Source of the DNA: Mustelus asterias
Lineage: Eukaryota
Direction of reading: 5' to 3'
DNA: 64,000 nucleotides
Assembly: GCF_964213995.1 (NCBI RefSeq)
Contig: NC_135801.1
Location: 27,466,001 to 27,530,000 of the forward strand
Each line of letters opens with the position of its first letter. Position 1 is the first letter of the stretch. Below, one piece after another: positions 38,130 through 51,295 of the stretch. A model generated the notes under the pieces. That model was not told the origin of the DNA, made no database searches, and saw nothing but the letters and a program-made list of their open reading frames with translations. Made by a program: the position numbers and the translations under genes.

Positions 38130-40575
38130 ACAAGAACAAAGAACAATACAGCACAGGAACAGACCCTTCGGCCCTCCAAGCCCGCGCCACTCCCTGGTCC
38201 AAACTAGACCATTCTTTTGTATCCCTCCATTCCCACTCCGTTCATGTGGCTATCTAGATAAGTTTTAAACGTTCCCAGTGTGTCCGCCTCCACCACCTTG
38301 CCCGGCAGCGCATTCCAGGCCCCCACCACCCTCTGTGTAAAATACGTCCTTCTGATGTCCGTGTCAAACCTCCCCCCCCTCACCTTGAACCTATGACCCC
38401 TCGTGAACCACCGACCTGGGAAAAAGCTTCCCACCGTTCACCCTATCTATATCTTTCATAATTTTATACACCTCTATTAGGTCTCCCCTCATCCTCCGTC
38501 TTTCCAGTGAGAACAACCCCAGTTTACCCAATCTCTCCTCATAACTAAGCCCCTCCATACCAGGCAACATCCTAGTAAACCTCCTCTGCACTCTCTCTAA
38601 AGTCTCCACGTCCTTCTGGTAGTGTGGCGACCAGAACTGGGCGCAGTATTCCAAATGCAGCCGAACCAACGTTCTATACATCTGCAACATCAGACCCCAA
38701 CTTTTATACTCTATGCCCCGTCCTATAAAGGCAAGCATGCCATATGCCTTCTTCACCACCTTCTCCACCTGTGATGTCACCTTCAAGGATCTGTGGACTT
38801 GCACACCCAGGTCCCTCTGCATATCTACACCCTTTATGGTTCTGCCATTTATCGTATAGCTCCCCCGTCCGTTAGTTCTACCAAAATGCATCACTTCGCA
38901 TTTATCTGGATTGAACTCCATCTGCCATTTCTTTGCCCAACTTTCCAGCCTATCTATATCCTTCTGTAGCCTCTGACAATGTTCCTCACTATCTGCAAGT
39001 CCAGCCAATTTCATGTCGTCCGCAAACTTACTGATCACCCCAGTTACACCTTCTTCTAGATTGTTTATATAAATCACAAACAGCAGAGGTCCCAAAGCTT
39101 GTGTGGCTTTTGCTACCAAATAAACCTGTTGGACTTTAACCTGGTGTTGTTAAACTTCTTACTGTGAACACCACTAGTCACAGGCCTCCAGCCGGAAAAA
39201 GATCCTTCCACTACCACCCTCTGTCTTCTGTGACCAAGCCAGTTCTCCACCCATCTAGCCACCTCCCCCTTTATCCCATGAGATCCAACCTTTTGCACCA
39301 ACCTACCAAGAGGGACTTTGTCAAACGCTTTACTAAAGTCCATACAGATGACATCCACGGCCCTTCCCTCGTCAACCATTCTAGTTACTTCTTCAAAAAA
39401 CTCCACCAGGTTAGTGAGGCATGACCTCCCTCTCACAAAACCATGCTGACTATCGTTAATGAGTTTATTCCTTTCTAAATGCGCATACATCCTATCTCTA
39501 AGAATCCTCTCCAACAACTTCCCTACCACGGACGTCAAGCTCACCGGCCTATAATTACCCGGGTTATCCTTCCTACCCTTCTTAAATAACGGGACCGCAT
39601 TAGCTATCCTCCAATCCTCTGGGACCTCACCTATGTCCAGTGACGAGACAAAGATTTGTGTCAGAGGCCCAGCGATTTCATCTCTCGTCTCCCTGAGCAG
39701 CCTCGGATAGATTCCATCAGGCCCTGGGGATTTGTCAGTCTTTATATTCTCTAAAAAACCTAACACTTCCTCCCTTGTAATGGAGATTTTCTCTAACGGT
39801 TCAACATTGCCCTCCGAGATACTCCCAGTCAACACATCCCTCTCCTTTGTGAATACCGACGCAAAGTATTCATTTAGGATCTCCCCTACTTCTTTGGGCT
39901 CTAAGCATAATTCCCCACTTTTGTCCCCGAGAGGTCCGATTTTTTCCCTGACAACCCTTTTGTTAACATATGAATAAAATGCCATGGGATTTTCCTTAAT
40001 CCTGTCTGCCAAGGACATTTCATGTCCCCTTTTTGCCCTTCTAATTCCTTGTTTGAGTTCTTTCCTACTTTCTTTGTATTCCTCCAGAGCTCCCTCCGTT
40101 TTTAGCTGCCTGGACCTAACGTACCCCTCTCTTTTCTTTTTGACCAGTCCCTCAATTTCCCTGGTTATCCACGGTTCTCGAATCCTACCCTTCCTATCCT
40201 TTTTTACAGGCACATGCCTGTCCTGTAGCCCTAACAACTGTTCCTTAAAAGACTCCCACATGCCAGATGTGGATTTACCCTTAAACAGCCTCTCCCAATC
40301 AACAGCTGCCAATTTCTGCCTAATCCCACTAAAGTTAGCCTTCCCCCAATCCAACACCTTACCCTTGGGACACCACTCATCCTTTCCATCGCTATCCTAA
40401 AGCTAACAGAATTGTGGTCACTATTTGCCACATGTTCCCCTACTGAAACTTTGAAGACCTGACCGGGCTCATTCTCCAGTACTAGGTCCAGTATAGCCCC
40501 CTCTCTAGTTGGGCTATCTACATATTGTTCCAAAGAACCTTCCTGTACGCATTTTACAAATTCCTCCCCATTCAG
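38130..40575 (-). mobile_element. Young CR1 LINE (2.4 kb; end of endonuclease plus RT), disrupted by a Penelope-like insert
   Basis: ORFs 40231-40671 (PTREGAILDLVL...SDHN), 39113-40357 (KSPGPDG, NYRPVSLTS, DFSKAFD), 38391-39119 (KFADD, LEYCAQFWSP); tail (ttctttg)n. Confidence 0.95.
39094..39166 (+). mobile_element. Penelope-like family A fragment inserted in CR1 ORF2
   Basis: aaagcttgtg...ccaaataaacctgttggactttaacctggtgttg...cttcttactgtg replaces part of the GVPQGSVLGP motif of the CR1 reverse transcriptase. Confidence 0.7.
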
Positions 40576-41034
40576 AGTCCCAGACAAGCTGATAAAATGA
40601 AGCATTGCACCCCATTTTGGGCTTGACCTTAGCCAAAAGGCCGAGTTAAGGCCATGAAAACACGAAAGCAAAATATATATTTTTTTAAATCATTAACTTT
40701 GTTTGCCAGTTTTCTCCAAAAACTTTCAGTCAGCTGTTGCTCTGTTGGTAGCACTCTCGTATGAGACAGAAGGTTGTGGTAATCCCAAGAGTGAGTTTTT
40801 CTTCCTCCTGACCTGCCATCATTTTCTGATGTAATGCACATTTTTTTCTGCTAAAAATCTATCTAGAAGTTAGGGTACATTATACATGTGTAACAATACA
40901 GGTTGTTTTGCTGTCAGTATTTCTAAACTTACAAACAGTGCTTACCAAATGTTTTCCCACTGTGGCACCATTTTAATGCTCGAAAATTGATCCGACCCCA
41001 GAGAGATGGAGGGTGCGGGGAGAGAACGGGCAAG

Positions 41035-41340
41035 GGGGTGGCACAGTGGTTAACACTGCTGCCTCACAGCACCAGGGACCTGGGTTTGATTCCCAACTTG
41101 GGTCACTGTCTGAGTGGAGTCTGCACGTTCTCCCCGTGTTTGCGTGGGTTTCCTCCGGGTGCTTCGGTTTTCTCTCACAGTCCGACAGACGTGCTGGTTA
41201 GGTGCATTGGCCATGCAAATTTCTCCCTCAGTGTACCCGAGCAGGTGCCGGAGTGTGGTGACTAAGGGATTTTCACAGTAACTTCATTGCAGTGTTAATG
41301 TAAGCCTACTTGCGACACTAATAAATAAACTTTAAGTTTT
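41035..41340 (+). mobile_element. V-SINE, tail type B
   Basis: Full length. Confidence 0.9.
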
Positions 41341-41351
41341 AAGTGTTGGAT

Positions 41352-41697
41352 AGGGCGGCACGGTAGCACAGTGGTTAGCACTGCTGCTTCACAGCTCCAG
41401 GGTCCCGGGTTCGATTCCCGGCTCGGGTCACTGTCTGTGTGGAGTTTGCACATTCTCCTCGTGTCTGCGTGGGTTTCCTCCGGGTGCTCCGGTTTCCTCC
41501 CACAGTCCAAAGATGTGCGGGTTAGGTTGATTGGCCAGGTTAAAAACTTGCCCCTTAGAGTCCTGGGATGTGTAGGTTAGAGGGATTAGCGGGTAAAATA
41601 TGTGGGGGTAGGGCCTGGGTGGGATTGTGGTCGGTGCAGACACGATGGGCCGAATGGCCTCCTTCTGCACTGTAGGGTTTCTATGATTTCTATGATA
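41352..41697 (+). mobile_element. HE1-type V-SINE, tail A (long subfamily)
   Basis: Full length, CpG-rich and therefore probably young. Confidence 0.9.
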
Positions 41698-42435
41698 GCG
41701 TTGAAAGGAAAGGTACGGTTGCGTGCGGGCATGTGGTTTTGTCAACAACTGATTTGAAGGCTCTGGCATGCCTCAGTAGCTACACATTTTGCCACAGTGC
41801 ACAAAGTGTCCCCTCGAACTACAAGCAGATCAATGGAAGTCACTGATCAGCCAGTCAGAGTGTTGAACCGAATGACCAATCAGGACAAGAAAGAACCACC
41901 AATCAGGGCACTGAAAAGTTGCCCTGTGGATGAACTGTGGGGGTGGGGTGAAATTTGCACCCTTACCAGAGTGTGCGTTTTACAGTCATCATGGCTGCCT
42001 CAGAGCTCGTGGCCAAAAATGATCATCCGGTGGCCGTAACCCATGGTTTTGGAACCCCTGTTTATGAAGCATTCTACATTATGGTGTCACGTGCTATTTT
42101 CAATTGATCAGTCAATAAATGTGGGGGGGTTGGCCACTCAATACACTTGGGTGTGAATGGGTCCCTTATGTAACAGCTGCAGCTTTACATATTCATATTT
42201 CAATTTAGCATAAAGTTTTATTAAGGAGGCAATTCTTTCTAGTCTAGACACAGCTGGATTGGCCATTTTGGCAGACGCACTCTGCTCGGAATTATTTTAA
42301 AACAGGAGGATAAATAAAACAAACAAAGAGAAAGTGAAAGATATAAAGGTGAGGACAGTTTTGACTCAAAAAACTGTGTTAAGCCACGGTGTTTTACATT
42401 TTAAAAAAAACTCTAATGTTAGCCAAAATGAATAG

Positions 42436-42742
42436 GAGGCATGGTGGCAAGCACTGCTGCCTCACAGCGCCAGTGACATGGGTTCGATTCCAGCCTCGGG
42501 TCACTGTCTCTGTGTGGAGTTTGAACATTCTCTCCGTGTCATCCTCTGGGTGCTCCTGTTTCCTCCCACAGTCCAAAGATGTGCAGGTTACGTGGATTGG
42601 CCATGCTATATTGCCCCTTAGTGTCAGGGAGACTAGCAGGGTAAATACATGGAGTTAAAGGGATGGGGCCTGGGTGGGATTGTCATCGGTGCAGGCTTGA
42701 TGGGCCAAATGGCCGCCTCCTGTACTGTAGGGATTCTATGAG
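42436..42742 (+). mobile_element. HE1-type V-SINE, tail A
   Basis: Full length. Confidence 0.88.
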
Positions 42743-43050
42743 GTTCAATTCTAATTTGGGAATCAAATCCTGCAGCTTGATGGGGTCTGCTCACTTTGAC
42801 CACAGCTTTGCAAAAATCTAGCTGCATGTTGTACACGGTGTTCAGGCAAATTTGACCCTTTGTTCATGAAAGCCCAGGTGCATTTTATATTTGAACAATA
42901 TTTGTTGAGCCCAATTAAAGCCAACCAACTACGGATTTGGATAAGGTCAAATAATTTAACAGGGGCTGTGGAAGGAAAACTGCAGCCCTCTGGTCTCTGT
43001 GCAAGTTAGCCACAATTTTTAATGCCTTTCACCATTTAACTGAAGCTTAC

Positions 43051-43252
43051 CGAAAAGTACATCCAGCAAACACCCCATCGAACATTATCCCTGTATTGAC
43101 CCCTGAAGGACAACTGTCCCTCTGAATCATATTCCTCAGCTATGCCATTCAATTCTCCATCAATGTAGGTACCATGGAGGGTACTCCCGTCCTCATAGAT
43201 GTAAACAGCTTGTCCTTGTAAAGCATCGTCAATGCAGTTCCCTTCCAGTGTG
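43051..43252 (-). CDS. SETD7: SETD7 exon 3 (MORN repeats)
   Basis: tttag|...|GTAAG, 202 nt; (S)TLEGNCIDDALQGQAVYIYEDGSTLHGTYIDGELNGIAEEYDSEGQLSFRGQYRDNVRWGVCWMYFS. Confidence 0.96.
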
Positions 43253-43499
43253 CTAAATGATAAAAAGGGATATATGATGTTACTTAATTTTTTTAAGTCC
43301 TTTGCTGGTTTTGACTACAAGAACAATTGATAAATTCACATCAAATATTCATTTGGGTTATGAATAATTTTGTTAGACTGTAGATTTTCAAAATGACTGA
43401 ATTATGTTCCGTGCTGGCTGCGCTTGATTTTACAAAGCTAGATGCAACCAATTTCACATGATCTCAGTTCTAACTTAGAAATCAGGAGGGAGGTGCCTG

Positions 43500-43504
<5 letters not shown>

Positions 43505-43542
<38 letters not shown>
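43505..43542. repeat. (AC)19 microsatellite
   Basis: Perfect dinucleotide run. Confidence 0.97.
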
Positions 43543-43545
<3 letters not shown>

Positions 43546-45861
43546 TACAATAATTCATTAATAATTAGAATCCTAATTAAGCAGTTGTTTCACTCTAAGT
43601 TGCACACTGGATTAGATTTGCTGAATACAGGAATGATTGGGGCAATTAATTTGATTTTGAGATAAAGAATGCTTTATCTGACCTCCAACCCTCCCTTGCC
43701 ACTTTCAATTTTCTTAATTTGGCCTATTTATTTTCAGGTAAGTTAGAACAGCAGAGGCAGGACTCTTCAACGTTATGGTTCATAATATACAGCAAATCTG
43801 CAAAACCAGGAGAGATGCAATTTTTTCCCCCCACCCGAGAACTAGATGTGGGTATTTTACCAGCAAATAAATATTGCGCACATCCATTACATTCATTCAG
43901 TTTTGCTCTGTGTCAGTCTTACGGATGACAAAGATCATATCCAAAATGGGGCGACTTATTCCTCCAAGCAGCTGACGTAACATGTTGCAACAAAATGCTA
44001 CTCATCACACAAGAAGATACTGCTCTTGACTGGGCCTCAACAGGGAAAGGAGAGGGAGGTGCTTTCCAATGGGATGAAAAGAGTCATTTGTAAGTATTTC
44101 TAGACCTCTGACCTATTGCAATGGCTGGGTAACGTTCGTGAGGTTAAACAAATGAGACACATCACTGGCCTGTAGAAGTGTGCTGTCTGACTGCCATCAG
44201 TATTATAAAATCTCTTCATCCAGTGACAGTTCTTATATTTGGTGCCACGGGCAAAATAAAACCCTCAAGATGGACCTTTGCACTTCATTTGTGTTAAAAG
44301 AGTGCAGCAAAGTTACTGCAAAACAAGGTGGAAATTAGAGGGGTTGAAGTTACTAGCTTTTCCCCATCACCCCAGGAACATTTTTTGACTCCAGACCATG
44401 GTCACACTAACAGTCTAGATCCAGTTTGACAATATGCAGGAAATTTGTTTGCAATTGCCAGGTCGCAGAACGTGCTGCGCCTTTGAAAAAGAGGGATATG
44501 TATTCTGTTTTCTAGAAAGCGTAGATTCCAAGGATAATTTTATGTGCCATAACGCATGGTACTACAGCTGGTTAGAAACAAGACAAACACTTGAAGTAGC
44601 TATTCCACATTTTCACACATCCTTTGCCCTCCCCTCCTAAAAGAACAATTTCACAAGTGATACGTGAGTACCTTGCCAAAGTGCCTCATGTTTGAGCTTA
44701 GAATATCAGGTTATTCCAGCAAAGAGACTGTCATGGTGTATCCTCTTATCTGATACACTTATTAATTGACCCCCTGATGGAAAGCATAAGCAACTCAGAT
44801 TTTCCCCTCCTAACCCAATGTAAAAGTTACTCAATTTTTACAGTAGAGAAACAGACCATTCAAATAGATCTTTGCTTATGAAGGGTTATGGGGAGAAAGC
44901 AGGAAAATGGAGATGAGGATTATATCAGCCATGATTGAATGACGGAGCGGACTCAGTTGGCCGAATGGCCTAATTCTGCTCCTATATCATATGAACTTGC
45001 TGATTCGCAAATGATTTGGAGAACCCACGCGTTGCACATTTTAATATATTCAAAGAATGCCCTGTTTTAAACTATGTGGAGGTAAACTGGCTGAGGCCCT
45101 TTCTCCTGTCCAGTGACCCCTGTTGGAAATGCACATGGGAATATTGGGCATAGACAGGATGGGATTAAACTGTGACAACTTACACAGTTAAATAGCAGAA
45201 TACTGATGACATAATGTCCCACATAGAAAGGACCGGAGGATCACTGGCTTCTGTGGTACTATACCCGACTTCTAGTCAAACTTACTCACGAGATAAGAGA
45301 AGGAATAAAGAGTCAGGAAATGTCTGCAACAGTGAAAACAGAAACTGCTGCAAGCACTCAGCAAACTACACAGCAACTGTGGAAAGAGAAACTGCTCCGC
45401 TCTCCACAGACACTGTCAGACTTGCTCAGTATTTCCAGCATTTGCTGTTTTTAAATTTTAGACAAATAATATGCTCTGCCAAAGCACCAGGATCCCAAAT
45501 GGTGTAGATCTTCACCCCATAAGGTGGCACTGGAGAGCAAAGAACTCAGATGGGCAGAATGTTTTAAATTAAGTCACCCAGGAAGTTTTCAGCCAGGATA
45601 TGAGTATAGGGAAAGAGTACCAACAATGATGGTCACATTTTCTTTGCTAAAACTTGTATAACATGAACTAAAAAAACCACCTGCTTGGTACCAACCTCTT
45701 CAACATCAGGATGGCACGCAATGTGACAAGCTGCCCTCAAACTCTGCCACCTACTTGTAGCAATCAACACTTACAGGTTCAATAGAGCTTGCGGCTTCCC
45801 ATACGAGAGTAAAACATAACAAATGGGTTGTAAGAATATAGGGGTAGGGGAAGCTCAACTA

Positions 45862-46205
45862 AGGGGTGGCAAGGTGGCACAGTGGTCAGCACTGCTGCCT
45901 CACAGTTCCAGGGACCTGGGTTCGATTCCCGGTTTGGGTCACTGTCTGTGTGGAGTTTGCACATTCTCCCTCGTGTCTGCGTGGGTTTCCTCCGGGTACT
46001 CCGGTTTCCTCCCACACTCCAGAGATGTGCGGGATAGGTTAATTAGCCATGCTAAATTGGCCCTTAGTGTCCTGGGATGCATAGGTTAGGGAGATTAGCG
46101 GGGTAAATATGTGGGGTGACGGGGATAGGGCCTGGGTGGGATTGTGGTTGGTGCAGACTTGATGGGCCGAATGGCCTCCTTCTGCACTGTAGGGATTCTA
46201 TGATT
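45862..46205 (+). mobile_element. HE1-type V-SINE, tail A (long subfamily)
   Basis: Full length. Confidence 0.9.
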
Positions 46206-46506
46206 CATTCACCACTCAATTAGGTCATAGGTTATCCAAATCCTAAACTTCATCAAACCCGTTTGGTTTCTAACCCTTAATAATCTTTTTTAACAAAACA
46301 AAATTCAATCTCAGTTGATTTTTTTCCCAAATCTAGCCTCAACAGTTTTTTGGACAACAGAGCTCCAGGTTTTCATCACCCACCCTCTATTCGGGAAATT
46401 TCTTCTGGACATCAACCTGGAATGACTTAGCGTTTTTTTTTAATGGTTATGCACCTTCATTCTGGACTAAGAAATATTTTCTTTCTGCCAAGCCTATTTC
46501 CTCCTT

Positions 46507-46795
46507 AATAAAAGCAAATTACTGCAGATGCTGGAATCTGAAACCAAAAGAGAAAATGCTGGAAAATCTCAGCAGGTCTGGCAGCATCTGTAAAGAGAGA
46601 AAAGAGCTGACGTTTCGAGTCCAGATGGCCCTTTGTCAAAGCTAAAAGGGATGGAAAATGGGAGATATTTATACTGCAGGGTGAGGGAATGAAAGATGAG
46701 TCATAGCCACAGAAACCAGGGTAAAGGGCTGTTAGTGTCAGTCCCTAGAGAGAATAAAGGGTGTGAATGGCCAAACGCCAGAGAAGCTAAAATTA
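46507..46795 (-). mobile_element. Penelope-like family B fragment
   Basis: aataaaagcaaattactgcagatgctggaatctgaaacc...ctttgtcaaagct, reverse-complement homologue of 17181-17281; short CCTCCT direct repeat at the flanks. Confidence 0.65.
46605..46643 (-). ncRNA. Minimal hammerhead motif with U3:A8 core variant (family B), sense to SETD7 intron 2
   Basis: agcu-UUGACAA-a-GGGCC-aucug-GACUC-GAAA-cg-UC-agcu; one stem II mismatch relative to the 17181 copy. Confidence 0.55.
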
Positions 46796-46979
46796 CCTCC
46801 TCGATCATTTTCTATAGCTCAATTACACTATCCTTAAATATTCTACATTAAAGGGAATGGAAGCCCAGACTATATAACCTATCCTCATAATTTAACCCTT
46901 TCGGGCTTGTGGTCTCTTGCCTAGAGCAGTGAGGCTGGGGGGTGGTGGTGCAAGGGAACTATCATTTTATACAAGTACT

Positions 46980-47305
46980 AGGGTGGCATGGTGGCACAAT
47001 GGTTAGCACTGCTGCCTCACAGTGCCAGGGACCCAGGTTCGATCCCGGCTTGGGTCACTGTCTGTGTGGAGTTTGCACGTTCTTCCTGTGTCTGCGTGGG
47101 TTTCTTCTGGGTGCTCCGGTTTCCTTCCACAGTCCAAAGATGTGCGGGTTAGATGGATTGGCCATGCTAAATTGCCCCTAGTGTCAGGGGACTAGCTAGG
47201 GTAGATGCATGGGGTTATGGGGATAGGGCCTGGGTGGGATTGTGGTTGGTGCAGACTCGATGAGCTGAATGGCCTCCTTCTGCACTGTAGGGTTCTATTC
47301 TATGA
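46980..47305 (+). mobile_element. HE1-type V-SINE, tail A
   Basis: Full length. Confidence 0.9.
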
Positions 47306-48067
47306 TACTACTTACTTCTTGGCTAATAAGAGCTGAACATTAACATCTTGATCTTCCAGCAGTGGAGATGAGGCTTGCTGGAGCAACTGCATTTTCTTTC
47401 ATGGATCATACAATGTGGGCCATTGCCAAGCATTGAAGATCACTCAGAAAAAAATAAAGCTAATACGACCCCAGAGCTGAAGGAGAATCAGGAACCACAA
47501 ATAATAAAGCAGGGACCTGAGCTTTAGGAGTTTAGCTGCACTCGATAATGATACAGGCAAGCAGCGAGTAGGTAAACTTTGATTAGTCAGGCATTCCTAT
47601 TGCCTTTTAACTCTGTTTTAAGTTACTTTTGGGATTCAACCACCTGCTAATTAAACTTGGTCATTGACAATGACACCCGTAGGATCTGGGCAGCCAAAGA
47701 CATCCATTTGACTTCTCTCTCCTTACACCCCCAAAACCAGTAACATGGTGTTACCACATCACTCATGCAGTCAGTGCTTTCCGAACCTTTGAGGTTCACA
47801 GTTTTAAAAAATATATATTTTTTGATCACATTTTTGGTTTTAAATTTTAAAATGGGAGAACCAGGTCAGAACTCGCCTCCAAAATCCACTGTGGAAATCT
47901 TTTTAAAAATGACAGTAACAAACAAAATGATGCAGTCAATTTATACTTCCATAAACTGGGTGTAGGGGAAGAGCATTTTGTACCCCAATTATACTGTCTA
48001 TTTGGCATTGTGACAAACATTTGTGCCATATTGAGGATTCCAACAAGCATTAAGGTACTCTTTATTT

Positions 48068-48375
48068 CACATAGAATCCTCACAGTGCAAAAGGAGGCCA
48101 TTCGACCCATTAAGTCTACACCTATCCTCTGAAAGGGCACTCTACCTAGGCCCACTCCTCCATATTGGCCCTATCACCATCTTGCGCATTGATCATGGCC
48201 AATCCACGCAACCTGCACAACTTTGGACTGTGGGAGGAAACCGGAGCACCCGGAGGAAACCCACGCAAACATGGGGAGAACGTGCAAACTCCACACCGAC
48301 ACCCAAGACTGGAATCGAACCTGGGTCCCTGACGCAGTGCGGCAAAAGGCAGCAGTGCTAACACCTGTGCCACCC
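48068..48375 (-). mobile_element. HE1-type V-SINE, variant tail A
   Basis: Head and V-domain with a divergent central segment. Confidence 0.85.
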
Positions 48376-49541
48376 TTTTTTTCTCTCTCCCTGCCCTCGT
48401 CCTCCTAACATATTTACTTTGCAAACTGGGAAAAAATATTCACAATAAATTGGCTAATTGCACAGTAATATTATTGATGAGATACTTGTCCTGAAAAAGT
48501 GAGAGGATAACAAGAATTATTTTGTTCCTATTTGGGAGGGGTAGGTATGACGTATGCCACTGTTTATTTTCCCTGAAACCATCACTGAGTGGCAACTGGA
48601 AATGTCACTCTGACTTTGGATGGATAAAAGTAAATTTAACAGCATGGAAAACACAATACTCAAAGGGTTAGCAGTGTACAGCAACAATTGGAATAAATTA
48701 ATTGTATTAATCACAAAAGCCAGTCTCAACATTTTAAGTATTTGACCTTCATGATCAGTTTATGTAATTCACTGGAACAAACAAACAAGCACTGCAGTCC
48801 TGTTTATTTCACTGTTCCAAACACTAAATGGCACCACATCATCTTATTTACATAGTGCCAGCAGGGTACAAAATATCACACTGGACAGACTTGTAACGTC
48901 ACAAGGTAGCTGCAACTGCAGTATTAAAACAATTACAAGAGTGTTGTTTCATTACCTTTCCTCCTCCATCCCTATCAGCAGTGACCATATAACTAACTCT
49001 CTTATATCTTAACACGCACACTAATGGGTTTGCCTCGCCACATTACAAACATAGGAGCCCATTGTCGTCAGTCCTATAACTGCCGTTTCACTGTCCTCCT
49101 CACTCACACAGAACAACATGGCTGGCTCATTGGGCAGTTTACCGGTGAGGTGGCGTAAAGCATCAAGTCTCCCACTTATGTTGGGTCATTTCATGGCCTT
49201 GCAATGTATCTAGCTGCTCAAAGAGTTTTACACTCCTGAGAAACTAACTAAACTCTTTATTGATATGGAGCTGTGTCCAGAAATCTGCCTCTTAGTACAA
49301 AATGACAAAGATCTTCATGTGTTGGCATTTCTTGAAATGGAAAGGAGTGAATCTGTGCTGGGGGGGGGGGGGGGAAGAAAGAGCGACAGTTTGGTGTGGT
49401 CTGGACTCTTGAATGTCAACCTAATTTACTTCTGCTTGATTCCCAGGCTACTGCAGCATTTAAATTGTTGGTTTTGCATGCCTCCCGTTCTATTTACTTG
49501 TCTCGGTGTAGCTCTTCTTGCACTCATATCTTGTACATCAG

Positions 49542-50300
49542 CCATGGGTGAGTTGGTAGCATTCTCGGAGTCAGAAGATTGCAGCTTCCAATCCCACTCC
49601 AGAGACCTCGGCACAAACTCCAGGCTAACATTCCAATCGAATACCGAGGGATTACTGTATTGTCAAAGGCACTGCCTTTCAGATGAGACATTAAACTAAT
49701 GCCCCGTCTTCACTGTGAGGTGAACAGAAAAGATCCCATGACTATTTCAACAGCAAGGGTTTTCTCCTCAGTCTCCAGGCCAATATATTATACACACACA
49801 CATAACCTCACTACAAACAGCGTGTCGTAGACTGGCCATTTTAAGGTCTTAGGACTATGTGCCGAGAGCCACACTAAAGCTCAGTGCAGCTGCTACAAAG
49901 TCTCAATGGTGAAAGGCCACTTTCTAAGCAGCAGCCCCCTCCCCTCACCCACCTCCTGAGATGCTTCAAACTGTAACTACCAGAAAATGGTTTGACATGA
50001 AATGCAAATGTACATTATAAGTATAACCTGTAATTAGGCAGCTCATGTATATAGTGAAAGAAACTGATCTGCACCACACTTTATGCAACGTCAAATTTGA
50101 ATAGTCAATGTAATGTACTTTTACATTTTGTGAATAAAGTATATTTATGGAAATAAAAATAAAATCAACTAAAAAAAAGATTATTTTGTCATTGCCTCAT
50201 TGCTGTTTGTGGGAGCTTGTTTTGTGAAAACTGACTGCTGTATTTCCTACATTACAGCAGTGAACCACACTTCAAATCACTTTGAGAAACTCTGAGGTGA
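49542..50300 (+). mobile_element. Deu-SINE (SacSINE1/AmnSINE-like), interrupted by an A-tailed insert (about 49820-50165)
   Basis: tRNA-like head; Deu-like core cctttcagatgagacattaaact...aaaagatcccatgactatttc; tail cattgctgtttgtgggagcttg...tttcctacattacagcagtga. Confidence 0.7.
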
Positions 50301-51295
50301 GGAATGTATGTGCCTTATTTCCTTGATTAATCTCATCTCTTTTTTGACTCCTATACATAATTGCTTCTACATTTTAACCATTTCCTGATCCTATTGTAGC
50401 ACTCTGTAAATCATTCTATGTCTTTCTTACATGTATTTTTCCTCCTTACCATTGTTTTGTTCTCATTTAACCAGTGGGTTACACCCGAAAAGTCAACTGA
50501 GCTGTTTTCTCAACTTATGCTGCTGACTTGCTGGGTGTCAAGTGTTCTACATTTTTGTTTAAAACTAACAGCTGCATGATTTAACTTTTGGTTCAAAGAC
50601 CTTCATAGTCGGTAATGCCCCTAATTTCAAAATTATTTCTGCCACTCCAAGTTGAATAATCATTGCTCAAAGTGTCAAGAAGATGTCAGTTTAGTAAATT
50701 TATTCCTGCACATATTATAAAAGACCCGAGAATCGTATCAAAAATATCTTTGTCCATTCCATCAACAGGACAGACGAGATAACAGCACGTGCTTTTCTGC
50801 CTAGTAAGTAGTATTGCAAGTCAGCTAGCTCATTTATTTATGTCCCAGTTTTGAGTGACTAACAATGGAAATATCTGGATATCATCAATATTATCCCACA
50901 CTTTATCATTTGGAATAAAATCCAATTTCATAGAAATGGTGAATCTAAAACCACCAATTGACCCCAATTACCAGACTCATTATGGACACACATTTCTTTG
51001 CCAGTTCAAGAGGGTGCCAACCCTCATCTCCAGCCTCAAATTTCAACAGTTCCAACTGGAACACCAGGACATATTATTAACCTAGCCTCCTGGTGGGAAA
51101 TGGATAGAATAGAATCAACTGCTCATTTTCCAGCCCATTCAATTTTAGTTCCTCTTGGCCTTGCCAGCTTTCCACCTCTTTCACTTAAACTGCCATTGCA
51201 TTAGGTTCATTACTTCTACTGCCCTGCCCCCAGAAGTAGGTGCAAAGAGGCTCCCCTTGCTCAATCTGTTTCCGTCTTCTTCTGCTTCCCCTGCC

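Larger units (their letters stand above)
40936..42060. mobile_element. Putative non-autonomous hAT element hosting two nested V-SINEs
   Basis: Charlie-like ends CAGTGCTTACCAAA and TTTGGAACCCCTG; flanks cttacaaa/tttatgaa are compatible with a CpG-decayed 8-bp duplication. Confidence 0.45.

Noticed and set aside
41352-41430. tRNA genes at SINE heads
   Set aside because: A/B boxes run directly into the V-domain and LINE tails, and no complete cloverleaf is evident.
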